A DNA stretch of 58,941 nucleotides, filler included, from Sphacelaria rigidula (taxonomy: Eukaryota), in the NCBI GenBank assembly GCA_964200075.2. It is 6 parts of 6 records of this genome, joined end to end, with 100 filler letters (N's around TTAATTAATTAA, not from the genome) between each part and the next. Parts side by side here need not be neighbours in the genome. Positions count along the whole stretch, not along the records: positions 19,684 to 29,423 come from CAXNAA020007861.1; positions 29,524 to 39,263 come from CAXNAA020007862.1; 4 more parts are not named here. One strand, 5' to 3'. The stretch's first letter is position 1. Every line of letters begins with the position of its first letter. The notes under the pieces are model-generated. The model did not search any database and was not told the DNA's origin. It saw nothing but the letters and a program-made list of their open reading frames with translations. The position numbers and the translations under genes are program-made. Shown in pieces: positions 24,233 through 36,589 of the stretch.

Positions 24233-26145
24233 TCAACGCGAAGGCTGGTGGCCTGTGGTAGAGCCAGAAATTGCGGCGGAAGGTGCAGGCTCAATCGGCG
24301 TTGTCCGGAGCAGAGGGAGGTGTTGCTCTTGTTCCAGGGAACATAGGGCCGTGGTCGCAGTTTCTGTTGCGGTCGCGCACTGGCGCAAGCGGTGTTCATA
24401 GCGTCGTATCGAATCCCGCATCTGGTCGAGCGCAGCGAGGCGTTCAGTGAGTGTACGTTGAACCGCCCGCTGGCAGCTGGACGCCGAATCGACGGCCTGG
24501 CGTTGGCGCGCCAGTCGTGCCGCGAGGTCATCCTGGATGAGACGGTGAGCAGCGTTGTCCGCTGTTTGGCGGGGTGAAGGTGGCGCCGGGGCCGTGGCCG
24601 GTTCAAAAGCCTGGTACTCAGCCAGAGTTTGTTCTTGGTCCGCTCGTGCACCACGAAACCAGAGCCGGGGCGGAAGGCCCGGCGGGCAATGCTCGATGCC
24701 CAACAGGGGGCGGTCGTCCGTAGGAGACGTGGGTGCAGGCGCCGGAGCCGGACCAGTGGCGGCAGCATCCTGCGGGGAAGTGTCATATTCCGCAGGGGTG
24801 GCCGTCCTAGGGGTGTCAGCCGTAGCCGCCGTGGCGGCAGCTGCAGTTGCTGCCGCGCTGGGGGCGGTGGGCGTGACGCGGACACTCTCGGCGTCCGTAT
24901 CTACATCCGCGGCAACAGTATGGGAGGCGGCCGCGACGGGAGTGGTGGTCGAAGGAGCAGGAGCATTGGCCATAGCCGCAGCTGAGCGTAGGTATCGACG
25001 AAGATCTGCAATTTGTCGTTCGACAGCACGCGCAGTGGCATCATCAGGATGGGGCGGAAGGGCACGGTGAGTGCTGCGTCCGCTGCGCAAAGGTGCGTGA
25101 ATATTAGCGAACGAAGCATCAACGGGCAGCCGTGAGCTGACATGTGTCCGATCGACAGATTTAGGCCGTGAGGATCCCGTGGTTGAAGATAGTCCCGATA
25201 ACAGAGCACGTACATCATATGGACATGAGTAATGGTATCACCGTGGTGAGCAAGGTCGTCATTATCCAAATCGAAATCAGAAGCAGCATCTGAGGTTGAA
25301 CGTTCGTCGTCATGGGCAGCAGCCCCTGGTACAGAGGCCTGATGATTCACATTACTGTCAAAGTGAACATGATCTGAGGACGTTGAATATCGAACGGCTG
25401 TGTGAAACGCGGCCGCAAGCGCTTGTGAAAGGGCAGTTGTCGCCGGACCGTCAGAAGTGACAGCCGGTGATGAACGAAGCAGGTGCTCAAGAGCCGTGCC
25501 TAAAGGCAAGTGACCCGTGGAAGGTTCTTCGGAGCGGCCAAGATGCGAGGAGGATATTCGGCGCGAGGGCTGGTGAACATAAGTGTCCTCACGATACATG
25601 TCATGTCGGCGCGGGCGCTGTAAGGCGTCGAAACCTCCGTCACCGCGAGCGCGGGGTGAGTCAATAACCGCGGTAGAAGCCAAAAGCGGTTTGCGTTTCA
25701 CATCAGTGGCAACGCGTGGCGACTCGTCAGACATGTGGGAACCCCGAGACGGAGCACGTTGCACAACAGAGCGAGCGCGTAGCGACTCGTCGATCTTGGA
25801 GGAACTCCGAGACGGTGGGTGTTTCACAACAGAGCGAGCGCGGAGCGACTCGTCGATCAAGTTGGAAGTTTTGGACAGTGCATGGTCCGCGGCAGAGCGA
25901 GCGCGCAGCGACTCGTCGATAATGTCGGGAGTCTTGAGCGGTGTACGTTTCGCAAGAGAGCGAGCGCAGAGCGACTCGTCGATCGTGTTGGAAGTCTTGG
26001 ACAAATGGCGGTCGTAGTCACCAGTAGCAGCCAAGTCTTGAGACGTGTAGTCGCCAGAGTTGATGGCCGAAGCTCTGTCGGATTTCACTTCTTCGTGTAC
26101 AGGGGAAGTAAGAGTGAAGGGTTTTGAAGGAGTTGATGAAAGCAA
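24233..26145 (-). pseudogene. Two overlapping minus-strand ORFs (24901-26145 and 24233-25090), probably one frameshifted ORF; Ala/Pro/Thr-rich with a coiled-coil-like C-terminus, function unknown
   Basis: 414-aa and 285-aa open frames in the ORF track, with no obvious introns, directly divergent from the gag-like ORF. Confidence 0.4.
25700..26005 (-). repeat. 63-bp (21-codon) tandem repeat, about five copies, encoding IDESLRARS-containing units
   Basis: CGACTCGTC recurs at 25720, 25783, 25846, 25909 and 25972 (exact 63-bp spacing). Confidence 0.9.
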
Positions 26146-26174
26146 ACACTGACGGCGTAAAGATTTGTAAGTAG

Positions 26175-29100
26175 GCAGGGCCCAGGGGAGAATTATTTTC
26201 TGCGGCTTCGCCTACGCTCACCCCGCCTGCACCACGGCAGGTCCCTCGGGCTTCGGCGCCCCCCGCCGCCACACCCGGGCTGCGCCTGCAGGGCAGCGAA
26301 CGTGCTTGGCTCGGTTGGACGCTACGCCAACTCTCAGGAAAATACAACCGCAACAACGTTCTTCGCGCCTCTGAGCAGGCTTGGTGTTCGCTCACTCTGC
26401 CAGTTAATAGTGTGATCGTCCCCTTCCTTCAACAAGGCGGACGGCTGCCGCGAAACGACCCAGGCGCTCTTTCCATCGAACGCATCGTGCTCTACTTGAC
26501 CATTGGTGCCGGAGACGGTCGTCTTGCTTATGAGACCGCCGTTGCCGCCCTCTTTGCCGCCATGCGGGCAGCTCGCAACACACTGCCGTCCGACGATGAT
26601 GGGGCTTGGATCACGCCGCACCCCGCTCGCCACCATCGTGGTGATGACGACTCTGACGACGACTCTACCGGGGCTGCACCACGCCGTGGACAGGGAACCC
26701 ACCGCACCAACAACAACGCTCGACGATCGACCCGGGGCACCCATAAACGTTCTGGCCACCAGTCATCCGGCTCGTCTACGACTAGACGCCGGCATTACGC
26801 TTCGACGCGATCCATGCGGCCCTCACCCGCCGTAAGGCAAGTAACGCCTCCTTTAGCAGATGCGTCTGCTCGCCTTTTAGGTCAAACGGATAGTGATAGT
26901 GAAAATTCGGCTCGCCCATCGTCTTCCAGCTCGGCTCGGTCACTAGCTGCCGCCGCCGCAGCCAAACGCCAAGCTGCCGCGGAAAAAATGGCTTCCGATA
27001 CTCGTAGAGAAGCGTCTCGTGTCGCTGCCATAAAACGAGAGTACCTACAGATGGATGTAAAGAAACTCTGGCATATCAAAACCATGCCTGCTGCAGACAA
27101 TGAAGACTCTGGTCAGTTTACGTAAGCTCTCATTTCCTCCATGCGTCGAACGATGCGCAGCATCCTTGAATTGGCCGATGCATCTGATCAACAACGTTTC
27201 GAAGACTCTGACTGGGTTGATGGATGGCAAACACCGCTGCATAAAGCTTTGCACCGCTCAATCAGCCGTCGCTCCCCTGACGTTGTTGCCTCTTTGACGC
27301 AGATTCTCGATTCCTTCTTCGCCGCCATGGATCAAGATGGTGCCAGCGGGCAACCAGCGCCGCTATTATTCAGCAATTTGGAAAGGCGTTTCATAGGATA
27401 TTTTGATAAGCCTGATCAGGCAGGCGCCATCAAACGCCTCAGTTCCTGCGCCGTGGCAACAGACGTGCCCTTTGCTGACTACCTCCGCGAATTCAAGCTT
27501 TTGGTGTCAAGTGTGACTGGCACCGGACGACAGAATGGCCCTAGTGATGCTATGTGCCAAACATACGTTCGCAATAGCATCGCTCAGCAATTTCCGACGC
27601 TGATGCTGTCTTTGTTTCCGGGCGCTTTGACGCACAAAGAGGTGCCTTACGCCTCCGTAGACGCGATGTGGAATGCGTTTGTAGATCAGGAACATAATTT
27701 AACGCCTGCCTTTCGTGGTGCACAGTGTTTTTCTGGGTCTTCGCAGACCTTGCGTGCCGCATCAACGAGTACCTCCGGGCCTCGTGGACGCACTCAGACT
27801 TTGTCCAGTAATACTTGGACACCAAACTCTGTCGGTGGATCGGTCATGTCTGTTCGTAACAAAAGAGACCCGTTCCGTTCAAGCTTCGATGCTTGGCCTT
27901 TTTTCGGCAGACACTTTTGATGACGTTTGTGTTGTTTCCACAACCGCTTTCATCACCGATGACCCACATTTGTGGACCCCCTTGCTTTCGCCTTCGGCTC
28001 GCAAGGATGCTTTTCGTCGCCATGCTAACACATGCATCAACTGCAATGGTACTGGCCACAGTATGCGTGATTGCCCTGAACCTTGCATCAATATTTTTTC
28101 GCTCATGGACCCTGAACTTCAGAGCAACAGGCAGGCGTGGCGCCGATGGCAAAAACGTATGCGCGAGTATTGTCCACCTTCTCGCCACCATCGCCAGCCT
28201 TACCACAATCATAGCGACTCTCGCTCAAATCGCGACCGCCGCCACACCACCAACACCGTCTCTGGTAGTCGTCATGGATGTAGTTCTTTCCGCCCTTCTC
28301 AGTCTTCGCATGGTCATCACCAGCGAACGGGGCCGACTCCAACCCCAATGCCAGAAACCCTGGTTCTTTCATGACGGATCGTAACGATCCATGACACGCC
28401 GACGACGGCGTGAAGTCTTCGATGTCGCCGATAGCAACATCGAAGACTCATCCAACACACACTCGGGTGACGAAACATTCTAACCCAACACTGTGTAGGA
28501 GATCTGATGACGGCCGTTCTTCTCGACCCCCGTCTCTATCTTCACACACACAGCGTAACCGTTGTGTTGACTCACAACCCAGCTCTATGCTTGGCTCCAG
28601 AATTGGTCCTCCGGAACTAAGTAAAAATCTGAGGTGTAGGAAGACCGACCGCGGACCCTTGAGGCACAGGCTTCCCTCAACAACCACACGCACCGGTTGT
28701 AGCAGACTTCCTTCAACTGGTTCCGATGTTGATAGTTCGAAACTGACCACTTCAAACCCTTCGACTCCTACCCAGTCTGATCGTAGTCGTTTTTCGCGCT
28801 ACTCTTCTTCCGCGAAATTACCTCGACATACAGTGGACAACACTCGTCCCCTTTCATATTTAGCAGTACCCTTGGTACCGAGCTTATCAGCGGACAGTCC
28901 ACAAGTTTCGGCCGAGCATACCCCGATGCTGACAAAATCACCTCAACTGGACGCAGTTGCAGTTTCCGAAGAAGTCTTGGAAGTTCCCAGCCATTTGTCA
29001 CGGCACGAGAGGAAGCCTCGTCGTCATGCCCCCAAGGAAGCACGAGCATTGACACGTCCCCCTCCCGTCAGCGGAAAATTCCGACCTCATTCTCCCCAAA

Positions 29101-29423
29101 AAGCGGCGACTTTGAGCTCGATGACATTGCCACGCATCCAAGAGGAATCCAAATCGGACCTTTCCAACGGTCCCGCTTCCTCCCCTGATGGCCCCACTGG
29201 CACTTCGCAGCAATCTATTTTTAATGATGATCCTTGTACTTCCAAGCCACGCATCTACGAGATTGATCAAAATTTTGATTCACGCTGCCCTTCACGATCG
29301 GATCAGACCCCCGCGCTGTCTACCGATACCTTCGAACCCCCCGCGGATCACCCGCCATCCGTTTTCACGGTCAGTCCAACTAATCCTGACCAATTCACGT
29401 TATCTGAACATGGCCCTGACCTT
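26175..29423 (+). mobile_element. Decayed gag-like region of an LTR/DIRS-type retroelement, followed by a Ser/Pro-rich ORF; pol not reached before the contig end
   Basis: One frame is open from 26175 with a single TAA at 27123. A T-run frameshift at ~27900 leads to the CCHC knuckle CINCNGTGHSMRDC (28033-28074). A gag-like FADYLREFKLL segment is present, and there are no introns. Confidence 0.6.
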
Positions 29424-29523
29424 NNNNNNNNNNNNNNNNNNNNNNNNNNNNNNNNNNNNNNNNNNNNTTAATTAATTAANNNNNNNNNNNNNNNNNNNNN
29501 NNNNNNNNNNNNNNNNNNNNNNN
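29424..29523. other. Artificial contig linker
   Basis: 100-bp N-TTAATTAATTAA-N. Confidence 0.98.
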
Positions 29524-30442
29524 CAGCAGCGGGGCAAGAAGATAGAAGATGCGATTGTGGGATGCCTGGACGGTTCACCGTGATGATCGCCTGGCACAAA
29601 CGTGGGGCACTTGAGTCAAAGGTGTTGGACTTGGTTTCAGGCTACGAGCCCGTGTTGGAGGCATTGTATAGTGTCGGTGATCCAGCAAAAGAACTAAAAG
29701 GCACCAGACCCCCAACAAGTACTAGGATTGGGATGTCCCAGTACGTTGATTATACCTCACGAATACACTCGAAACGAACAAGCTGGAGGTTTCTCGAAGG
29801 AGATCGAGAGAGAGAGACGGTTGGGAAGGTCGGATGGAGAAGTAAAGAGTGGACGGGTGAAGTACTACAAGTGCTGGTATTCGGAGTGCGTAGCGATATG
29901 ACGACGATAGAGTTTAAAAGGAAATGCAACGGAGTTGGATTATATATGCTATTTGGCAACAGGAAAAGTAGAAAGGGAGTGAGAACGCTTCCGAGTCACG
30001 CTAAAACAGAGCGCGAGCAAGGAGGGGGAAGGATAGAGACAAGTAAGGTATTGTCATGGGCTAGATAGAAGGGTAGGATGGAGAGTATGCATAGATAATG
30101 GGACAGCAAACCTAAGACGTAGTTAATTGGTAAATGGAGGGAAAGAAAGGCAGGAACAGGGAAATGCCCGGAAGGTGAGGGAGAGGAGACACAACGCCCC
30201 GAAGCAAGTAGACAAAGCCCAAACCGGTAAGGGGCAGAACAATCAAGCGAGAGAAAGTAGCAGTAAAATCGACGGAGAGAGAACAGTAGACAAAAGGGGA
30301 GCAGATTATGGTCCGGAAGGGAAGTTGAGAATAGGATCGTGGAACGTGTGTGGATTCGCCACAAGCAAGCGTAAAAGAATAGAGATAGTCAAGCAAGTAA
30401 GAAACCGCGACCTAGATATCGCAGGAATCCAAGAGTCAAGGG

Positions 30443-30482
30443 AGAAAAGGGGGGGGTGTACTCATGATCAGAAAAGGGGGGG
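30443..30482 (-). mobile_element. 14-bp retro-insertion (extreme 3' tip of an oligo(C)-tailed element) with 13-bp target duplication inside the LINE endonuclease
   Basis: AGAAAAGGGGGGG (30443-30455), then GTGTACTCATGATC, then AGAAAAGGGGGGG (30470-30482). The insert is identical to 9674-9687. Confidence 0.85.
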
Positions 30483-32642
30483 CGGAAATAGGATGCAAAG
30501 TTGAAGAGTACGCGTGGATAGGGGAAAAGCGAAAGGGACAGAAACCCGAGAGCAGGGGAGCGGGGGAAGTAGAGTTTTTAGTCAAAGAATACCTGTCTGG
30601 CATTATAGAAGTGATCGAAGACACGGGATTCGACGAGAGCATGTCGATAAGGGTACCAGGAAAGCGGGGAACGAAGGACTTCTTCGTAGGAAACGTCTAT
30701 ATGCCCTCAGAATCGAAGAGTAGGATGGACGATATACAGTGGAGGTTTGGAGAGATAGAAGCAGATGCACATCAGTATAAAAGGCAAGGAGAAGTAATAT
30801 CAGTGGGAGATTTTAATGCAAGGGTAGGAAAATCAGGTCAACCGGATGGTACCGTTGGTCAGTACGGGGAATATAAGAACACGAATGGGGTAGAAATGCT
30901 GAAGCTCGTTGAGCATAACGAGATGAAGACGCTAAACGATAGAGTACCAAAGCCAGAGGCACAATGGACATGTACTGAAATATGCAAAGACGATGGAGAA
31001 CTCTCCGTTCTTGACCATATTTTGGTGGAACATAGAAATAGTGAAGAAATAGACATACATGTATGCCCGGAGGACGTGGGAACCACAGATCACTGCCTAA
31101 TATGGACAGAAAGCCAACAGACGAGAGCTAAAAGAAATAGGCGGGGGAGGAAGTTGTACAAATGGAGAATCGATAAACTAGATATGGAAGAAAAACGGCA
31201 AGAGTTCCAAGAAGAGATGACCAGAAATGCAGTGAAATTTTCCGAGCTGTTGGAACGCGTAGGTGCAGTCGATACCGAAATGGAAAGAAACCAGGCAGGA
31301 GCGAAGATTATAGAAGGATGGGAGAAGCTAGTCAAAAACATAGCGAGTAAAGTCATGGTGAAGAAACTGATCGTATGCAACAGAGCAGTAAAATGGTGGG
31401 ATGGGTAAGTGAAAGAGGCTATCAGAGTAAGGAGAGAGGCCCACGCGAGATGGATGTCGAGCAAAAGTACAGTAGGATGGGAGGAGTATACTAAAGCTTT
31501 GAAAGAGCGTAAGGAATATGGTAAAGGAGAAAAGTAAGGGAATATGGGAAGATGTAGTGAATAAATCGAAAAAGGATTTCCATGGCGGGAGGGAAGAGAT
31601 GTGGATAGGGATGAAAGGGATTATGGGAAATCAGGCAGGAAAGATAGACAACAGGATAGCTACACTACGGGCACAGAACGGTAAAATGGTCAGGAGTTCG
31701 AAGGGAAAGAGAAAAGTGCTATTCGAGCACTACCGTAAACTAGGAACATCAGAAACTAATGTGAACTTCGACACGGAATTCGAGAAATAGATCGACGAGT
31801 GAGCAGAAGCAAAGGTAGAGACGTCGAAACGGGAGGATAGTGGCTCGAAAGAATTGCAGAGAGAATTTACCAGAGATAAAGTAAAGGAGTGCGTAGCTAA
31901 ACTCAAGAACGAAAAGGCAGCAGGGGCAGACGAAATAGTGGAAGAATTTCCGAAGTACGGGGGGGAAGGAATGATTGCCATGATGGTTATGCCATACACA
32001 ACTGAATATGGGAAAACGAGTACACACCCAAGAGGTGGAGAGAGGGAGTAGTAGTCTATCTTTTCAAAAAAGAGACACGGCTGACTCAGGAAACTATAGA
32101 GGAATAACGCTACTGAGCACGGTAGGGAGAACGTTCTGTAAGATTCTGAACGATAGAGTAGGAACGATAGAGTAGGAACGATGCTAGAAAAGGAAGACAA
32201 AAATCAGCGAGGGAAAAGAAGGTTTCAGACCAAACCGTCGTTGCGTAGACCATGTGTACACATTAGGTAAGATTATTCAAGGTAGGAAAGATGCCGGGCT
32301 GACAAGGTACTGTCTGTTTCTTTCTGGACGTGTAAAAGGCTTATGACACAGTATGGAGAAGTAGGCTGTGGAAAAAGTCGCGGGAAACTGGTGTCAGAGG
32401 AAAGATGCGGAGAATGGTGAAGAAAATGACAGAATGTGCCAAAAGTGCCGTGATGCTAGACTGGGAAATACCGAGATACTTTGATCTTTTACAAGGAGTT
32501 GCATAAGGATGTACGTACGTTATCATCCACTTTGTTCAAGGTATTTAATCATGACCCAAGGAGTCAAGGTGGGTGAAGATACGGTATTAGGTTTGATGTT
32601 CGCGGATGATATTGTGGGCGTATCAGGAACAACAGAAGGATT

Positions 32643-32814
32643 TGTGACAAAAATACGCCGCCACGTTGAGTTGGTAGTGATGATCTGGATAATAACTGGG
32701 GGCATGGGGATTCTGGGGGGATTCTGGGGGGATTCTGGATAATGACCGGGGCACGGGGATGATACCCTGCGTTTCTAGAAGGTTGGTGCCTGGTAGGGCA
32801 CCCAGCGCGTCACA
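32643..32814. mobile_element. 172-bp TG...CA insertion (solo-LTR-like or MITE) in the LINE RT
   Basis: Termini TGTGAC...GTCACA with a 4-bp duplication GATT (32639-32642 / 32815-32818). Removing it restores ...GTTEGLQK. It contains internal GGGATTCTGG tandem copies. Confidence 0.85.
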
Positions 32815-34314
32815 GATTACAGAAGTAGATAGACAAGGCGCTAGAATACACTAGGAAATGGAAAATGACAGCAAACGTTAACAAATGCGCGGTACTCGTA
32901 TGTAACCTAGATAAGAAAAATCCGGTAGAGTTCAAACGGAAGTGGGGACAAGAGAACTGCCGATCGTAGACCAGTAGACATACCTTGGCGTAGAGATATC
33001 AAAAAACTGTTCTTGTGATGCACGCATAAACAAAGTAGTAGAAAAGGGTAAGGTACAGATAAACAGGATGGATCTGATCCTCAGACACTCGCACCTAGAC
33101 ACTAGGATTACAAGAGATGTATCCTGATGAACGTGATTTTATCACAGCTGGGATATGAAGGAGAGGTATGGGAGGGGATCGTGAAGTTGGCGAAGAATTT
33201 GGAAACAGGAGAGATGGCAGGCAGCCACCAAGAAAACACTTGGATGCTCGAAAACGGCGAGTATTACAGCATTGAAAGCAGAGTTGGGAATAAACTCACT
33301 CAAAACAAACAAAGACATCAGAAATTGCGACGGCACTATAGCGTAAAGAGCACGCAGAGAAAGAGACAGCCAGCTATAGCTGATATGGCCGTATGGAAGA
33401 AAAGTGTGCGGAATCGCAGGTTGCATGGCACAAGATGGGATAGAAAAGTTGAGAAAGTATGGAAGGAGATAGGAGGAAACAAAGACGAAATACTGTCCAT
33501 GCCCGGGCTACAAGACAAAAGTAAGAGACGTGACAGAAAAAAGGAAAGAGGGGCGCTCAGGCGCAAAGTTGACAAGGTAGAAAACCTGGAGATATACGGG
33601 GGGTTGAGAGAGGGCTTAGGGGTGAAAACATATTTGCATGGCCCAATGGACGCGGCGAAAGAATTAAAACTGCGATTTCGAGTTGGGGACCTGGGCCTGC
33701 CAGAAAGAAGAAAGAGATCTACCAGTCGTCGAAAGGAGGAGGACGTGGGTGCACAGAACTGCCCCTGTGGCAAAGCAATAGAGAACAGAACTCCTACAGT
33801 CGCAGAATGTGAACTGTACGAGGAGGAACGAGACGTGCTAGAGGGGAAAGTGCAGAACGTGAACGCAGGTAACATGGAATCGTCTGATGCACTAGACACT
33901 AGTGAAAAAACGATGGCTATACTAGGAGATGGATAGTGGTCACAGAGGGCGAAACAGGACGTGGCTAGGATATGTAAGAGGGTTTTGTGTAATGTGTGGA
34001 AGAAACGTGATTGGCGCCGGAATGTTGGAGGTGTCTCTATTAGGAGTAGGAACGGTGCTCTGTCTCGAAAGGGATGCATGCCAATGGTCAAACGACTAAG
34101 GCAAACAACAAATGAGTACGCCCCCCTCCCCCCCCCCCCCCCTCGCCACCGCACAGTCTGACNNNNNNNNNNGGTGGTGTCTTGGGAAGGGATTGCGTGC
34201 ACTGTGGAAAACCCTAAAGAAAAAAAAAAAAAATTTGTCCCCCCCCCCCCCCCCCCCCCTGAGTGTAGGTACTGTTGAGGTGCCCCCTTCTCAACATGGT
34301 GGTGATATGGCCCT

Positions 34315-34473
34315 GTCTTAACGAGACAAAAGCAGGAAACAAGGAACGAAATATGCGTTCGGAAGCAGCGCGTTGATTGATCGCTGAGAGGGTCTATGGT
34401 TGAAGCGACTTATTGACATCCTGCGTTTGGGCGCTTGTTTCGCTCCACGCTTAATTTCTTGTCTCGATAAGAC
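34315..34473. mobile_element. Hairpin MITE-like element, copy 1
   Basis: Self-complementary ends GTCTTAACGAGACAA...TTGTCTCGATAAGAC. It shares GTTGATTGATCGCTG...TCTATGG with copy 2. Confidence 0.75.
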
Positions 34474-34732
34474 GACCTGTCCAGAAGTACCGGCTCCTCA
34501 AAATGTGGTGTTATCAAACTTTACGCAATGCTTGCAGAACCAACACATTTTAATGAAAGGCGTCCCACGGAGCGTAATGATGATACATATTTCCCTATTT
34601 ATGCCCCCCCCCCAACATGTGTGTATATATACATACATGTATATACTTACCCAACTCCTGACCCATGGTACACCGTAGGCTTATTTGAGTTGGCAGGCTT
34701 CATAAGTACGGACCGCACTACTACATACTTTG

Positions 34733-34898
34733 GTCGTGTCTTATCGAGACAGAAAAAACGCGGGAAAAGGAACAAGCGCCCAACAGGAGCATGTTGATTG
34801 ATCGCTGGGCGGATCTATGGCTGCGGTGACCAATCAACATGCTTTTGAACGCCTGTTCCCTTTCCCGCTCTTTTTTTGGTCTCGAAATAAGGCACGAC
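34733..34898. mobile_element. Hairpin MITE-like element, copy 2
   Basis: GTCGTGTCTTATCGAGAC...GTCTCGAAATAAGGCACGAC, with internal arms GCATGTTGATTG / CAATCAACATGC; nearly the whole element folds back. Confidence 0.8.
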
Positions 34899-36563
34899 AT
34901 TTAAGCCGGCCGCCGACAGCGTTAAACACTTTTTTTAGGACGTAACCCTATACGAAGTATGAGCATTGATCACATTGGAATTTATAGTGTACTGGAACTC
35001 AGCATACTTGATATAGGTCACATACACTTTGCATAGGAATGCTTTGTATAGGGTTACCTACTGTACGGTACCGTGCACGACGACGATAGCCAGCCGTCGA
35101 CCAAGAGATATTAGCCTATCAGATTTCCTTAGGTGTAGATTCTTCCGCCAATCAGAAGATTGCGTGCCACTCTACTTTCTGTCAGATTGACATATGTCCC
35201 GCGGTGGATCGAGCGGAGCTTGCCAGTGCGCCATTTGCGTTTTCATAGTTATGACGACTCCTGTTTACACCCTTATTCACATTACGATGATGATACTACC
35301 GCGCGTGGATGGCGTCAGCCGTCGACCAAGGAACAACGGCCAATCAGATTTTCTGGGTTAGTTTCTTCGCCATCAAAATATTGCTCATCATTTTACTTCC
35401 TGTCTACTGTTGTTGTACATACATGTCGGTTTGTGTGCAATGGACGTCGAGTAACTCCGCTGATGATGTCTATACCTGTTCGTTGTAAGAATATGAACTC
35501 AGTGATGGTGGATCCATACGTCGTCATAAATGCTCCCCGCAGGTTGTACCTTCGCACTAATTGTCTGTACGTCCATGGTCAACTTGGTGGGTATACCTCT
35601 GCGAGTAGGGTGTTGAGGAACCACATTCCACGTTCGTCATGGGGAGCCATCTTTTTGATCCGTCGAATCAGTTTGGAGACGTTGCTACACACGCCTGCTG
35701 ATGGCGTTATGGAGGTAACTTTGCCCATCGCATCGACAGTAGCTCCCACACGACTGTTTCCTCGCCTTTCTTCAGCACCTTCAATTCTGTTTCCTCCTGC
35801 TCCTGCCGTGTTGAAAAGCTTAACCTGAAGTTTCCCGGGGTATCCAGGGTATCCATCTTCGTGTTGCCGTCGAGGAGGCAAGTGCAAGTGGCCCGCTCCT
35901 ATCCCAATCTGAAGGAGCTGCAGACGCCGCCACTCCTTGATGAATCGCTTAGGCACTCTTACACTCCCACATCATAAGTTGGCAGCGTATCCACCGCTGG
36001 CGTTTCGACGCAAACGTCATTGCGGTATTGCCGTGGCATCATAACATACCCCACGTTCATATCCCGCCGTGTGTTCCTCCTTCCATTATTGCACAACGGT
36101 GTTTATTCTTGTACATCGAAGTATGGGAATAAGGATGAGCAGGAAGCTTCAGCGAGCCAATAATGGGAACTAGTGACCTGTAGGTGTCACGATTCAGACT
36201 TATTTTTGTTTTGATGCTACGCGTGTATCGAGCGAATATTACTTATCTATCAACGGTGTAGTAGCCGGCGTACTGTTGATTGAGGGCAACATACATACAC
36301 TAAGTCCAACACAACTGCAGTAGGCTTCGCATCAGACAAAAAAATCAAGGCTGGGCCTTGGCTGGGCCTGATTTTCAGTTTCCTCTGAGCCGGCCGCGAC
36401 CGTTTATGCGGTAAATAATGACGATGACAGTTCATTATGATGCAATTGAAACGAAACAAATTACAACCCCGACCTCGAATGTTTAGGGCTCGGTACAGCA
36501 TTTTGACGGGCAATATGTTTAATTTCTTCTGTCGTGGTGGTTGTTTAAATGATTAGCACACTG

Positions 36564-36589
36564 ACTGCTGCTGCTGCTGCTGCTGCTGC
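36564..36589. repeat. (CTG)8 microsatellite
   Basis: Read directly from the sequence. Confidence 0.95.

Larger units (their letters stand above)
30300..34143 (+). mobile_element. Decayed non-LTR retrotransposon (LINE) ORF2: AP endonuclease, reverse transcriptase, Cys-rich C-terminus, oligo(C) tail. The purine-rich 29524-30300 may be its 5' part
   Basis: Endonuclease motifs: IGSWNV, GIQES, GNVYMP, VGDFNARVG, LDHIL, TDH. RT motifs: NYRGITLLS, GFRPNR, KAYDTVWR, MFADD, YLGV. A CPCG...AEC motif follows. There are many stops and frameshifts, including a 14-bp tandem duplication at ~32151-32178. Confidence 0.92.

Noticed and set aside
35160-36060. 222-aa plus-strand ORF and coding-looking minus-strand frames (possible pseudogene or viral relic)
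   Set aside because: No recognisable motif, and the minus frames are interrupted by stops; a homology search would be needed.
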